DNA of 63,976 nt from Perkinsus chesapeaki ATCC PRA-425. Lineage: Eukaryota; Protista; Perkinsozoa. The stretch is taken from positions 1 to 63,976 of the forward strand of contig JAAPAO010000002.1 of NCBI GenBank assembly GCA_013115145.1, written 5' to 3'. The notes beneath the pieces are model-generated. The model worked only from the letters and a program-made list of their open reading frames with translations, made no database searches and was not told the origin of the DNA. This document shows positions 41,201 through 55,753 of the stretch, piece by piece (position 1 is the stretch's first letter; each line of letters opens with the position of its first letter). The position numbers and the translations under genes are program-made.

Positions 41201-41451
41201 GTTGCTAGCGTGTCGTATAAGAAACGTGTCGATAGCGAGGCCTTTGGTTGTGAAGCCGCTCGCAGTATCAGCCAAAGATGAAGCTCGGAGAGGTCCCATG
41301 GATTTACAAAACCTGATATTGGAGGTGAGCATTCGTGAATGGCCGGTAATGCTGCACGCTACTTCAGTTCTACCTTCCACGAGGGAGCTATGCGACAAGC
41401 TTACTGAGAGAGATTGGGGTTATCGACGCGCCCGGCTTGAGCCAAGCTTAA
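38207..41451 (+). CDS. PUS7: TruD-family pseudouridine synthase (PUS7), multi-exon
   Basis: DFQVREV, catalytic motif AGLKDKRGITHQ (~39720), GFINYFGQQRFG (~40100) and C-terminal FYLPRGSYATSLLREIG. Confidence 0.9.
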
Positions 41452-42043
41452 TTAGCATGTTTTTTCCTAACTTGTTTCCGATAGTGTTTCCTGACAGCCC
41501 TCATGTACTTGAGTTACTATGAATCTTTTGCGACGTGGCTAGCTGGTTCGGAAAGCGCGCAACTTCCGCGTGGCTTTCCACTCAGTGTATACCCGGAAAG
41601 GGCTCCAGTGTAGCTCTGCCGTATAAACTACAACTCGAATTTCACGAGCTCAACAACTGGTATGTACGCTAAGTAAATTGCTCAAAGCAATACTTGAGGA
41701 TATGCTAGTGGCACAAAGTTATGATATTTCCTAGCCACTTATCAGTGATAATAACCCGGTAAGACGTGTTCCGTATATCTAGATGATCATTTCGTTGAGG
41801 CACAGCAGTTCTAGGATATTGCTTGAGAAACCCGCACAAAGCGTCAAATGTACTGCAGTTGCTCTCGTATGTTTGCCCGAATTATATTTACTGCAGCGCT
41901 ACTACTATAATTTATTACGACAAACCTTGACAAACTCAGAACAAGAAACTCGATGTTTAGAAGTCCGACTGTCACAGTTGCCAACTGTGCTGGTTTTGCC
42001 AACCCCGCTTTTTCACGTCGCACTACTCATTGCCCCAAACTAA

Positions 42044-45000
42044 ATGTCCAGCCACGATGCCACACCAAAGTGGATGCTAGCTACGCAGAAGTCTCTTGGA
42101 ACACTAATTAAGAAGCCTAGAATGGCTGATAAGTGAGATGCCTTCGAATGGTCTGTTACACGTTATGTATATCGCACCATTGCACTGTATTATTTCTCAT
42201 CTATGTCCAGATATCTCGCTAAACCCCCGTTCCGGTTTTTGCACGACATATTCACCGAGGTCCACAAAAATTTCGGCTTCGGTCGTGGCCTGTTCACAAA
42301 GGACGAGCTAGACCACACCAAAATAACCGTAATTATAAATTCTCCTATAAAAGAGTTATTTCCTTTCCCAGACCAAGCAGCAGAAAGTAGACTTCCTAAC
42401 CAAGTGGATATCATGCGTCGCCTATGCTCTGAAGCTTGATGCTGATGCGATAAACGTGAACCCATCCAAAATAGGTAGGCTGACCATGCTGGAAGAACGT
42501 TCTATGAGGCTAAGCCCAGAGCAGCGTCTACACTGTCAAGCATTCGTGGTACCAGGGTAACAATGCACACTTGACTCTTCCTTATGTAGTCACTGGGTCG
42601 GAGCCAGAGAGGACCAATGGGTTCCTGGTGCGTGTCTACGAGGCTGCCACGAAGGCGGCGTCCCGAAGCGACGCAGCTGTTGAGATGTGAGCTTGAATAT
42701 TGTCCAGTGTGTACGCGTCTTCTCAACGTACTCGCGATCAGGGTGAAATCTCGTGGGCCACTAGTTCTGTCATCTAAGACGGGTGCTGGACTTTCGGATG
42801 TAAGTCTGAGGGATAGTCAGCTTGATAGTACACACTCAAAGTTGAGTGACATCTCAGGAGGCGGGAAAGGATTCCTTGAAAATGAAGGAAGATGCCGACA
42901 AGAAAAAAACTGAGGAGCCGAACAGGCAACGTAAGCGTGCGCGAGACGATTACTACCCGAGATCACTCTTTGTCCGATGTCATTACTCGAGTCATTAAAA
43001 GGTGCGGACGATGCTCGGAAACACCAGGCTATGTTGGAGGAGGAACGTCGGAAACGTGAGGAGGCAGAACTCGCGGACAGACTCCGAGCAGAAGCCGAAA
43101 GAGCCAAACAAGCTGAAGAGGAATCTCGAAGGATTGCTATGGTAGGTGAATCATATTGTAGACGAATAGCTCGATGGACGGCCTCTATTTGATTCATGCT
43201 TGTTGTGCGCAGGAATCGGAGAGGGCGAGGTTGCAGGAAGCTCAAGCTGAACAAGAGAGGCTCGAAAAGGAGAGGAAGGAGAACGACAAGCAAGCTACGC
43301 AGGTACGAGTAGTATGTCTGCGTGTTACATGGGAATACCCAACGTGGCTTATATGAGATTGTCAGTCGAATGAGGCTTTGAAGCTTAAGCTTTAGTTAAT
43401 GTAGATATCGGCTCCGCTAGCTCAGTAGGCAGAGCGTGTGGCTGTTAACCATAAGGTCGGTGGTTCGAACCCATCGTGGAGCGTTTTTCACATTCAAAGT
43501 CTATTTCTGTCAGAGGTCAGAACGGCAGCATGATGCCGAACAGGCTCAGAAATTCGACACGCACGGTGCCGAATCCGAGAACGAGGAGGTACGAGGTGAT
43601 GAGCCCGCATCCAAATGCGATGAGCTCTGTGACACAGAGTCTGTGCTTAAGCGTGGGATGCGGATGTCTGGTGCCCTTTAGGCTTTACGCATGGCAGCTA
43701 TGATGGCCGCTACACACGAGAGGCCGAGGACTGCTTCGCGGCGACCACCGCAAGTTAAGTCGCGTCTACCGGAGCGCGAGGTAAGGGTCTGCGTGTCGCT
43801 GGCTCGTTGTTTGTAGTAGCGCGCTGTCATCCACTCTATTTACACTTCGAAGTATTTTCCGCCAATGGTGTCTACAACCGATTTACCAGAATCATATATC
43901 TTAGGTTGCGCCTGAATCTGAGGCGACGGCTCTGGCACCTCCCACCATTATAGAAGATGGTGACATCGAAGAAGTGGATGTGATAAGAGCTCAAAATCCG
44001 CTTAAAGCGGACCGCTTTGCTACTCCGAATAGGCCACACCCGATGAAAACCTGAGGCCACCGACTGCTGGATACAATGGGAGACCTGGGCGGGGGCGCTC
44101 GGAAGAGCACGGTAAACTCGTGAGAGATATAATGGAGGCGCATACAGTGCAGACCCCGCACGAAGAGCAATCAGAAGGTACATATCCACGATGCGAGATT
44201 GATAGGCAATGATATTCACGGCTGAGCTTGACAAAGTGAGCTGGTCTCTTTGCCTCTCCTTTCAGTGGTTACAGAAGCAGACACCGGTATTCGTATGGGC
44301 AAACTGCGTAGAAAAAAAAGCGACGTTAATGCTGAAGGTAAAAGCACGGCGTCCGTCTTATTCCGAAATTCGTAGCTCCAAGCTAAAGCCTTTGGAACCT
44401 CAGCAGTTCAGCCAAAATCACTGTCATTGCATCCGTATTCAGCGCCCGTGGCAGTAACAAGCGTTGCTAAGCAGTACCGAGAGGAACGTCCACAGAGTAG
44501 TGGTGCGGATAGAATGCCCTTCCTACAAGACCTGATTCAGAAGATTTGTGGGACGTAATCACGCTATGCCCTGACTGATCTGAAGATGGATCGAACCTAG
44601 GTGCACTCCGCTTGGTAAATCGATGGAACTGATCCAGCAAGACGTAGTCCTAATGGACAAGGATCTCGAGGCTGCGAGGGAGGACTACAAGGAGGCTCAG
44701 GCAGTCCTTCTTGATGAGAAAAAACGAACACAAACTATCGTGAACCCAATCCTGACGTGAGCCTATTCCCCCGTGGCACGCTGGAGCTCACAGTGTAGCA
44801 ACTGTCGTATGCGTTCCGTTCATTCCTTTTATTGTGTGCTGTCTTTTAATATCCTTCTGTATTGTTAGGGAGATTCAACGAGTTCAAGATAAGATTGACG
44901 AGGAGAATGATCTCATCACGAGAGCAGGCGTACGGATCACGAAACTGGAAGATGTATGTCGTGCGTGGGAATTAGTTTCATTGAGAGATTAGTTCTATGA

Positions 45001-45076
45001 TGCATTCCGCCTCGCACGCATGGATTCCTGTCAGCAAATCGAATCGGTTCTATTAACCGTTATGGCAGGAAGGTGA
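42044..45076 (+). CDS. IFT54: Intraflagellar transport protein IFT54 (TRAF3IP1/MIP-T3), multi-exon
   Basis: CH-domain start TQKSLGTLIKKPRMADK|YLAKPPFRFLHDIFTEV, charged coiled coil, RPRTASRRPPQVK, EHGKLVRDIME, and C-terminal LIQKICG...PLGKSMELIQQD. Confidence 0.88.
43411..43483 (+). tRNA. trnN-GTT: tRNA-Asn (GTT), inside an IFT54 intron
   Basis: Acceptor stem GCTCCGC/GTGGAGC plus discriminator G, D-arm TAGCTCAGTAGGCAGAGC, anticodon arm TGTGG-CTGTTAA-CCATA, T-arm GGTGG-TTCGAAC-CCATC. Confidence 0.95.
43484..43488 (+). terminator. Oligo-T RNA polymerase III terminator of tRNA-Asn
   Basis: TTTTT immediately follows the discriminator base. Confidence 0.65.
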
Positions 45077-46550
45077 CCAACTAACATCGGTTATACATGA
45101 CATTTCTTGTGTTCGGTTATACTCTTGAGTTTCAGTACGTGGTTCAGGGCTAGCTTCCGTAGGTGGATCGCTTGGTAGACTTCGAGTACTTCTTCCGCAG
45201 AAGAGTGTGCGGAGACTCATTTCTCCGTGTGGTCGCCTGCATTCCGGCGAACTCAATGGCGGCTTTTTCTCAAGAATGACGTTCCTAGGAACGTCGATAA
45301 TGCGTTTTGCCCAGCGTATATCACAATTTGATGAGCCAAAAGGACGTCGCCTGCTCCTGGAAGGACAAACGCATATGGGTTCCGGCGCAAGCAAGGCTCA
45401 GATCGTACGGTACATGATCTAATCGACTATTCAATTGCGCGTTTCATCTCCAACGTGACCCGGGTGGGTTGCTAGTAGTCTAAGCTAGAAACGCCAAAGC
45501 TAATAATATCAGACAAGCATCTTAGGTTACTACAACGTAACGTTTGTGCTTCTCGTTACAGGCGCCTTGCAGGCAGCGAAACTTTGGAGGGAGCAGACCT
45601 TAAAACGGTTGCCTGACTACTGGGACAACTCAACATGACAAGGCTAAACAAATTGAAGGGATGGCTTGTTCCGAATGAGCTATTGAGCAATAAAGCTTGG
45701 ATCACGCATGCAGCTAGGCGCTCGATAAGCGATTAGTTCAACTTGATTAGTTGCACTTGTGCGGAGCACCACTTGTTGTGTGTAGAGTAAATAAGCTAAG
45801 TGCTGGGAGTGTCTGTGCCTGCTTAGTTGTGCATTGTGTATCTTGCGCGAATGCGCCCCTGGACGAGCGAGATTCCTGATGCGAATCCTTCACCAATAGA
45901 ACGTTGTGAAGGTACGCCTTTGCAATGACTGAAGAGATTTATATCCCGAATCGCCACCTGCTTCTTCCCTCGAATACGGTGAAGAGATACAATGCAATAT
46001 TCTACGATGGTATACTTGCTGCTGAGTCAGCAGCACGAGCTGACTAGTCAGTGCTGACTACTATAATTATTAAGGAAATCCCATTGGGACAAGGTAAGAT
46101 TTCAATCCCCTTTTGCTGCCAGTATCATAGTCTGGTTAAGTCTCGATGGTACCCTGGTTACGTTGACGGCAGAGGTGGCTCTAGGTTCACTTAGGTCGTT
46201 TGCAGCGGTTGCTATGACAAGTACGGAGAAGGATCTTGTCGGAGATTGCCTGGTGGTTGTTATTACTGTGCCATTCAAAAAGGAGGAATATATCGTTTGC
46301 AAGCGGAACGGCTTTGAAATAGGGCGAGGGGAATCTACTGATTAACGGTCTACAAGTGCAAATCTGTTTCGGTGTGATCATCGGCTAGCCCCAGCGTCCG
46401 GGCTACTCCGATGACGATCGCGCTTTCTCGGATCGTGCCCACGCTCTGAGCTCATCACTTTAAACGCAACGATACTGGGCAACTTCGAAACCGGCGGTTC
46501 AGTAACGTAGGATGATAACGTGGAGTCTCTATCAGGAGAAGCGAGGTAGT

Positions 46551-47741
46551 TTACACTAGCAATACAGCATTGATGCAGCCATCCAACTCGGGATTGTTGG
46601 TAACTTGTGCGTACCTAAATGGCAGCCATGGTAACAAAGAATGACTAATTCTGTTATTACTTAGCCCAAACAACCTTTCCTGTTTGCGTAACGAGTCCGA
46701 GGTCACTAACGTTGACTTCGATAATCGTACCCTTAGTAATTACGCCAAGCGACGAATACAGCTCGGACTGAGGATTCTTCTTAACAGAGACGATATCCTG
46801 GGGAAAATATAAGCCTTGGGAATAGGAAAGAGGGATCTCACCAAGCAGAATGTGGTCTTCAATTCTGGATGGGTTACGTGGGCTTTCTTGAAACGTAAAC
46901 TTGAGGGTCGAATGAAACGTTCATACTTCGGAGGTTTACGGGTGAAGTCCTCGCCAACGAAACATATCTTGTTGACCTAAAATGGGCAACTACAATGACG
47001 CCTTAGAAGCTGAAACTGGCGAAGGCGATAAGTTTGAGCTACAAGGGAGCGCAATGTTATACTGAATCAACCTAACCCAGTACTTACGACGCGCTTCCAA
47101 GCCTTCTTCTTTCTCTTGCCAGATCGAAGGATCTTGAACCTGATCAAAGGTTATCACCGTGCGAAACAGATATACTTTTCCAGATTGATTTGATTACATC
47201 TCATCCTCTGTCATGGCCTTGACCTTGGGCACAGGGACCTGCCACTTGCCGGCCTTCTCAGCCCTCTTCTGCTTTACCATGTTTGACAACACCTTCGTTC
47301 TGTTAACACCTACATATCGTCAAAATTCATCACCTGGTTGTCGCAGCAATGTTTTCATAATACCTTCCCTATCCAACAGATAGCCGGGGACTGCTCCCTG
47401 GGGAACGCTGTCTTCTGGAGCCTTCTCCTTTCCTTCCTTCTCTTGGTGTTTCTTGATGGTCTTACGCATAGTGGCCTTCTCGGCGTACCTAGAAAAGTTT
47501 ATTCGAAAGTCGCTCAAAAATGTATCCGAAATACCTCTTTTTGTGGAAGATCTTAGCCTTAATGCCTCTCAGTTTTTGAGCAGTCTTAGACTGCTTGTGA
47601 ACGGCACGGGCATCTGAAAGGGCACCTCATCGCTTCCTTAAAGACTTATCGAATCTCACCCTTCTTCCGTTTCCGCTCTTCGTAATCTAATCTGCGGCCA
47701 AACCGCTTGCGGTGCTCTTCAATATGCTCGTTCTGCGGCAT
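46551..47741 (-). CDS. NSA2: Ribosome biogenesis protein NSA2 (TINP1), multi-exon
   Basis: Starts [27 protein letters not shown] and ends [20 protein letters not shown], both characteristic of NSA2. Confidence 0.95.
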
Positions 47742-47896
47742 ATTGGAGGCAGAAAATATACAACTGAATCAGACGCGTCGAAAAAATATAGATACCTTCT
47801 CTACGCAAAGCGCACATGGACACACAGAAAATATGATACGAGTTCATTAGCCGCAGCAGTATCAATTGTCTTATCGCAAGTGTTATAAAAACTATA

Positions 47897-47966
47897 CACT
47901 GGCTCTTTAGTGAAAGATGAAAGGGTTCTGCCACTGGCTCTTTAGTGAAAGATGAAAGGGTTCTGC
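47897..47966. repeat. Perfect 35-bp tandem duplication covering the ArfGAP stop codon
   Basis: CACTGGCTCTTTAGTGAAAGATGAAAGGGTTCTGC occurs at 47897-47931 and 47932-47966. Confidence 0.95.
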
Positions 47967-50209
47967 CCGCCAGGATGAGCATTCAAAGACGGCCCAGTAG
48001 ACATCGGTTGCTTCATAGCACCAGTGGGGCTCATGTTGCTTAATAAATCACTCATACCGCCAGGGGAGACAGCCATCTTCGGAGGTATCCCGGCTGTCGG
48101 CGTCATACCACCTATGCCTGAAGCAGCCGAGTTTCGTCGTAACGAGTTTTGTGTCCAAGAGGCGATCTCTCCGAAGGGATTGTTATCCTTGTGCTCTACA
48201 GGAGGTGGTCCAGTTGGCACCTACAAAACACTATAAAACTGCGGCCTGTTCAACACCGAGAGCGAACTTCTAGTCGGAAGCACTGAGGCTGACTGACATT
48301 ACCTGCGGATTGGATCTAGGTGAGGTAGACTGCATAGCGCCGAACGGGTTCGAGTCTGTTCTTGCATGACCTGAACAGACTAGTTTATCGACCCGGCACC
48401 ATAAGTAGCAGAACCGTACTGGTAGCTGGCGGGTACTGGTTACTTGGAGCTGCTTGGTAACCTACAGGTCCTCTGGGAGAGGTAATGCCAGTTTTTGAGG
48501 GCATCTCAATTGGTACAGCTGAAGCTGTTACGGAAGGCGTGCTTGCATACGACTAGCAGGAGGAAAACTATTACAAAGTTGTCTATTATGCGCGCCGCTT
48601 ACTCCCGACATCCATTCGATTCCGAGTCCACGAAGGGAATCCTCAACAAAACGCTTTGCCGTCTCCGACCGGGCAGGGTCGACTGTGCGCAGTTGCCGGA
48701 GAGAATTGAGCAAGGAAGCACACTGCATACGAACCGAGCCCTCGAGGTCGTTGCTACTAGCCGAGGGAGAAGCCTAAAAGCGATGATGACATAATAAACA
48801 GCATGAAACACTCACATTCGAGAATACTGCAGGCTGTGTTGGCGCTGAGTACCGTGCGCTTTGTACCGTTGAACCCGTCTGTGCTTGTTGTACCTGGACT
48901 GCATTATCACTCAGGTCGGGACGCTCCGTCCACCTACTTGATTGATAGGCTGAACGCGGGCCGGTTGTTGCATAGCTGGTGCAGGAGTAGGCATTGGAGT
49001 CTAAAACGATGACTATTAGAACCAGCACGAAATCTACAATTACATTAATTGGCTGAGCCCTGGGGGCCTGGTATTGAACTTGAGGCATGCTCGCGGGCTT
49101 GGATGGAGCAGGCGAAAACGACTAAAGAAAGGCCAGTAGGACAAACGTTGGGAGAGAATTCGCTGGTGTCTACCAGGAGTCCATCGGAGTGATTATTCTG
49201 CTGGACCTGCGGAGCTGGCTGAGCAGGGAACTGAGGAGAACTTCCTCCGGCGCTCTGGAATCCCCAATCATCATCCAACAAATCCCCGTTCGTGACCTCG
49301 GGAGCTATAGGAAACTGCCTTATAAAGACGGCATTGCCTCAGTACCTGGTTCCTTCTTATGTTTATGGTGGTGTTTTTTTGGCGAGCTGGTCTGCTCGAG
49401 CGCTGGCGTCGCGAAAGTGTCGATTAAATCTGAAAACGAGTAGGATAGAGTCTATCCGACGGACGAGAAAACAGACGCATCGGTACTACCTGACTGTGAG
49501 ACGTTCGTTGCACTGCTGGAGGTCGGTCGATACCGTACACCCGCGTCGCTTGTGGGCGTTGCACGAGACATAGAACTACTCTGCGCCGTAGTAGCCGCCC
49601 ACCTGAAAGCCGAATCAGACACCATTTCTGATGACCAGTATCTACCGCTTATCAACATATTTCAACTTCATAAACTCCCGCAGGCGCTGCCTGTCTTGAT
49701 TATTAGGCTCTGCGAGATCTATACCAGGATGGTAATTAGCCATGTAGACTTCACGGTCTTTCTAAAAGTAAGTCACAATCCCTAACAGGTCGGACATATC
49801 TTCGTACTGTATTCCCATGAGCCTCAAGATTCTCCACCTCCTGTTCGGTCCACTTGGACACAGAGATTCCCTTCACTTTTTGGTTTAATTCGCGACTACC
49901 AATAACGCAGGAATGCCTATGGCAACAAGGCGGCCATGCCTTACTGGATCCCCGCGCATTCGGTACATACAAATGTTCCAAAATCCGTACAGATGTAAGT
50001 CGGCCCAAGCTCCCCACAGTCAGCACAGTGCCTGAAATACACCAGTATCAGGAGAGAAAAAGGTCTAGTGTTTGAGAGAAAGTTACCGCCTCCCCTGGCG
50101 CAGAGATTAACCCCAATGACCTGTTAGCTTTGTCGCTTTTCTGAAAAGCTTTCATACGGTCCACCAAGTTTTTCTGAGGATTGCCTATCTTAGTCTTTAT
50201 CATAGTCAT
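47942..50209 (-). CDS. ArfGAP-domain protein (AGFG/Hrb-like) with a low-complexity C-terminus, multi-exon
   Basis: DFGTFVCTECAGI zinc-finger half, ELNQKVKGISVSKWTEQEVENLEAHGN, LREFMKLKYVDKR, then Q/P/S-rich exons ending GQNPFIFH*. Confidence 0.85.
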
Positions 50210-50642
50210 AGAACGAAATGCGCAAACCAACTGAAATGAAATTATAAAGTTTAAGATGACGAAAGCGTCGCTTTTCGGAAGGCCCTCCTCCAGTCATATC
50301 GAGCCATCGCACGAAAAGAGTTACACGTGTATCTTCTCGTACAGTAGAAGACTCGGTAAGGTCCTGAGGGGAACCCTCCGCGCAAATGAATGCTGACACA
50401 ACGTTCCCTTAGTAGTGAGGATGACAGATCAGGAAGCGCCCAATATCGATTATCATGGCGGGCGCTTATCTAACGGAGTGAATCTTCAAACCCCACTGTT
50501 CGCTTGTTGCCCCTTATTGTTCGGAGTTTTCACTTTTATCATCACTGCTTGACGGTTTTATGCTCATGACTGTTACTATCGGGCTCCTGCTTAGCTTGAT
50601 ATTCAATCAACTCCTTTCCATTTCAGTTTCCTTTTCCCCACC

Positions 50643-51828
50643 ATGCAACCTCCGTACTACCCCGGCGATCCCTCTGCTATGATGGGCCCGCCTGGTCATG
50701 GAATGCCACCGGCAGGACCTGATCCATATGCCATGCCGCAGCAGCAGCAGACGGGTGGCTACAGTGATCCCGCTTACTCTGAACACGTAGGCTACGGTGG
50801 TGTTGAAGGAGGGCCTGGGTCCTGGGGTGATGGTTACTACGGCGGGAGGGGCGGTGAAACAACTTCGGCATCTGGTGGTGCTGGTATTGGGCAGGCGGGA
50901 GACCATCATCATGGAGAACAGTCCTCCACCGGTTACAACGGGGGTTGGGGAGGGCCTCCCATGGGAATCAGTACAAATGGGTGGGTCGTTTTTTACTTTG
51001 CTACACCTAAAGTTGTTATGTTCCTTAACAATTCTGGTAGGGCCGTGAGCATCTAGCTTCGAAGAGAAATACTATCGCATTATAGTCGCTCAAGGCATCT
51101 TCACCCCTCACACTTTTCGTGTCTCAGGTTGGCCGAGAAAGGGCGGTGGAAGTAAACAGGAAGTGAGAGAAGGCGACTGGTAAGTTAGTCAGAATTACCG
51201 TCGAGCAAGCTGGCTCTATAAAATACGTACTCGCAGGGTTCTCAATTCAGGTTCTGCAATACATGTGGAGATCATCAATTCGCGAGGAATGAATACTGCC
51301 GCAGCTGCTTTGCTCCTAAGGGCGCTCCACCACCGGATCCCTCAAGCCCGGAATACCTAGCTGCGGTTGCTGCAGCCTATTGGCCAATGATGGGCGCCGC
51401 CTACGGTGAGCATATTGTTCTTATATCATCGTATGCGCCTTATAGGTAGCGAGGGAGCTGCGGACCCATCCGGTGCTATGTCCGGAGCGTATGGATCATG
51501 GCAGGGCTGGTATCCCACCGGCAAGGGAAAGCAAGGAAGAAGGGATGGTAATGCTGTTCGGTGTTTGGACTTTAATTTCGCGTCCTATATTTCAGGCGAT
51601 TGGGACTGCCCAGCATGCGGTGATATGAACTTCGCTTCCAGGGTTGTTTGCCGCAAATGTGGCGCTGCTCCGTCATACGGATCGGGAATGGGGGCGTATG
51701 GTGCTGGAAATATGAGCCAAGGCATTCCACCTAATATGGCTGCAACTGGCGCGAGCACGGCCAGCGCTGGTGCCTCCCGTGGGAGTAGGCCTCGATCAAG
51801 GAGCCGAAGCCGTGATAGAAGGTTCTAG
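50643..51828 (+). CDS. RanBP2-type zinc-finger RNA-binding protein
   Basis: EGDW|FCNTCGDHQFARNEYCRSC and GDWDCPACGDMNFASRVVCRKC. G/P/Y-rich N-terminus and RS-repeat tail RSRSRSRDRRF. Confidence 0.85.
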
Positions 51829-53530
51829 CTCGTGCGGCGGAGGAATGCCCTTGAGTTGCTCCAGAGACCTTTCGTATAAGTGTAACCATTTGTCAGCACC
51901 CTCAACGATACTTTTACCTAACGATTCTGCTCGGAGTTAGAGTAGTGATCAATTCATCATGAACTTATAGTTCGGAAATCACGAAGCCTATACTGAAGCG
52001 CACGTGCAAGAACCCACGGTCAACTGGATGGTACCCCGATTCTGAGGTTACTTGACACCTGTTATGTTCTCCGAACTATATGCATTAGCGATTGTTACGA
52101 ATCAATTCCCAACTTGAAGGCTATTACTTCATCTGTCCAGTGAAAAAATTCTATGAATTGGGTTTCTGTGAACCAAGTCGACCTATCCTCGCTGGTATGT
52201 AGCATATGATATGGGGTCAACGACTCGTATAGCGAACGCAAGGGTAGTGTAGGAGGGGCTTCACATCGCTGCAGTTCGACATGCCTTATATAACTATTCC
52301 TTTGAGAATTAGTCTATCTTGGTAACCAAGACTTGGTTATCAAGCAATACAAAGTATTGTCGTTGGAGTAGAAGACGAATCAAGAACCGCAGAGGGTAAG
52401 AGGGACACCGTAAAGTGTATAGTAGGTGGAGCCCCACACTGATTCAGCCACGTAGTTAGTTCAATGTAGGGAGCGGGAAGGACCCTCTACTTGCGGGCCG
52501 CAAGGGAGAAGTTGTATTGCTGGTCCTGAATACCAAGCTGTGGGAGGGATGGCGCAAGGGAGCGCGTTGGTCTTACACGGGAATGTGTAGTGTAGCCTGT
52601 CTGACCCTAATTAGACGGCCAATCATACCACCTAGAACAGTACTAGGGAGGGTCAAACAAGCCCGAAGAGTAATGGCACTAATGATTGTATCTAACGGCC
52701 AGGCAGCAGTCGAGTAACTCGACTCGAGTTTCACCTTGAATGCGATTCCCCATCTTCACGCATAGGACCAACTCGGGCCAACCTATATCGAGATATTTCG
52801 GACGCGAAATACAGTACCGGCACAATACATTACTCGAGCGACTAACAGGGTGACTGCGCTTGACCCTTCCCCGGCACCTTAATGACGCATGATACGCCAG
52901 AATTAAGTGCCCTGGGAGAAAATCCCCATACACAGGCGTGAGTCAGGGCACTATCCCCCAAATTTCAGCTTGATATCCGATTTGAGTAACGCAAACTCGA
53001 TAACAGTGAATTTAACTGTGTAATTCACTCATTATCGTACTCTAAACGGGCGGTAGTGTTTTTACTCTAAACACAACAGTAAACATCAGAAAACATAACA
53101 CAACCGAGTCATAGGGCCACAGCAATCGATACAAGCTTATTTCCGACGGAAGCTCTCCATCAATCTTACTGATTTTCGCCCGAATCCTGATACTCGGAAT
53201 GTGCTGCTTTTGAGCTGACCACACTTAGGATAGCAGACAACTCGAAATGCGGCGATTTTCACCCAGCGCACTTCGCGTGTGTTGGCGCCACCTTACGACG
53301 TTCGCTTGCAGCTGGTGCTCCCTGGCTTCCTTTCAGTGGGGCCTATACCACTACCTCGTTGACTCTGCACTCGCTGCGCAAAGTGATTGACTAACTCAAA
53401 GATGAAGCTTGAAACATATTCATGTTAACAAGAGTCTTATAAAATAATGTAGGGCCAAATAAGGACCGAGTCAGCTTGCGGCAACCAACATAAACGCTTG
53501 GCGAACCCGAGTCAGAACTTTAAAAAGCTA

Positions 53531-55374
<1,844 letters not shown>

Positions 55375-55753
55375 GAAAAATAACGCAGCACAAGCCGGAA
55401 CTGATTGACCGAAGAGAAACGAACCGGAGACACGCGAAAGGGGGGACAACGTAGCCTGGGGATAGAAAAAATCAGAAATAAGTCCATATTAAGCTCCCCA
55501 TGACTTATAACAAAAACCTAGGAGCCCCATTAGGGTGCCCTAAAAAGATGGTCAAGTAGACCTATGATATGATGTTACATGCGCCTTGGCGTTCATTGTG
55601 TACTTTCGTAATTATTTTCATCATTATTGGGAGCACATCTCCATGCGAGGAGCGCGCCACCACTGACAGCTACAATTAGTGTTTCTTGGCTCAACACTGC
55701 ACAGCGGGGAAGTACACCAGAATTATACGAGATCACCTCAGAATTGTGACCAG

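Noticed and set aside
45100-46500. Possible small genes between IFT54 and NSA2 (AP2-like ALQAAKLWRE; Cys-rich CSGCYDK...CYYC)
   Set aside because: I could not build a consistent spliced model and the motif similarity is too weak to support a call.
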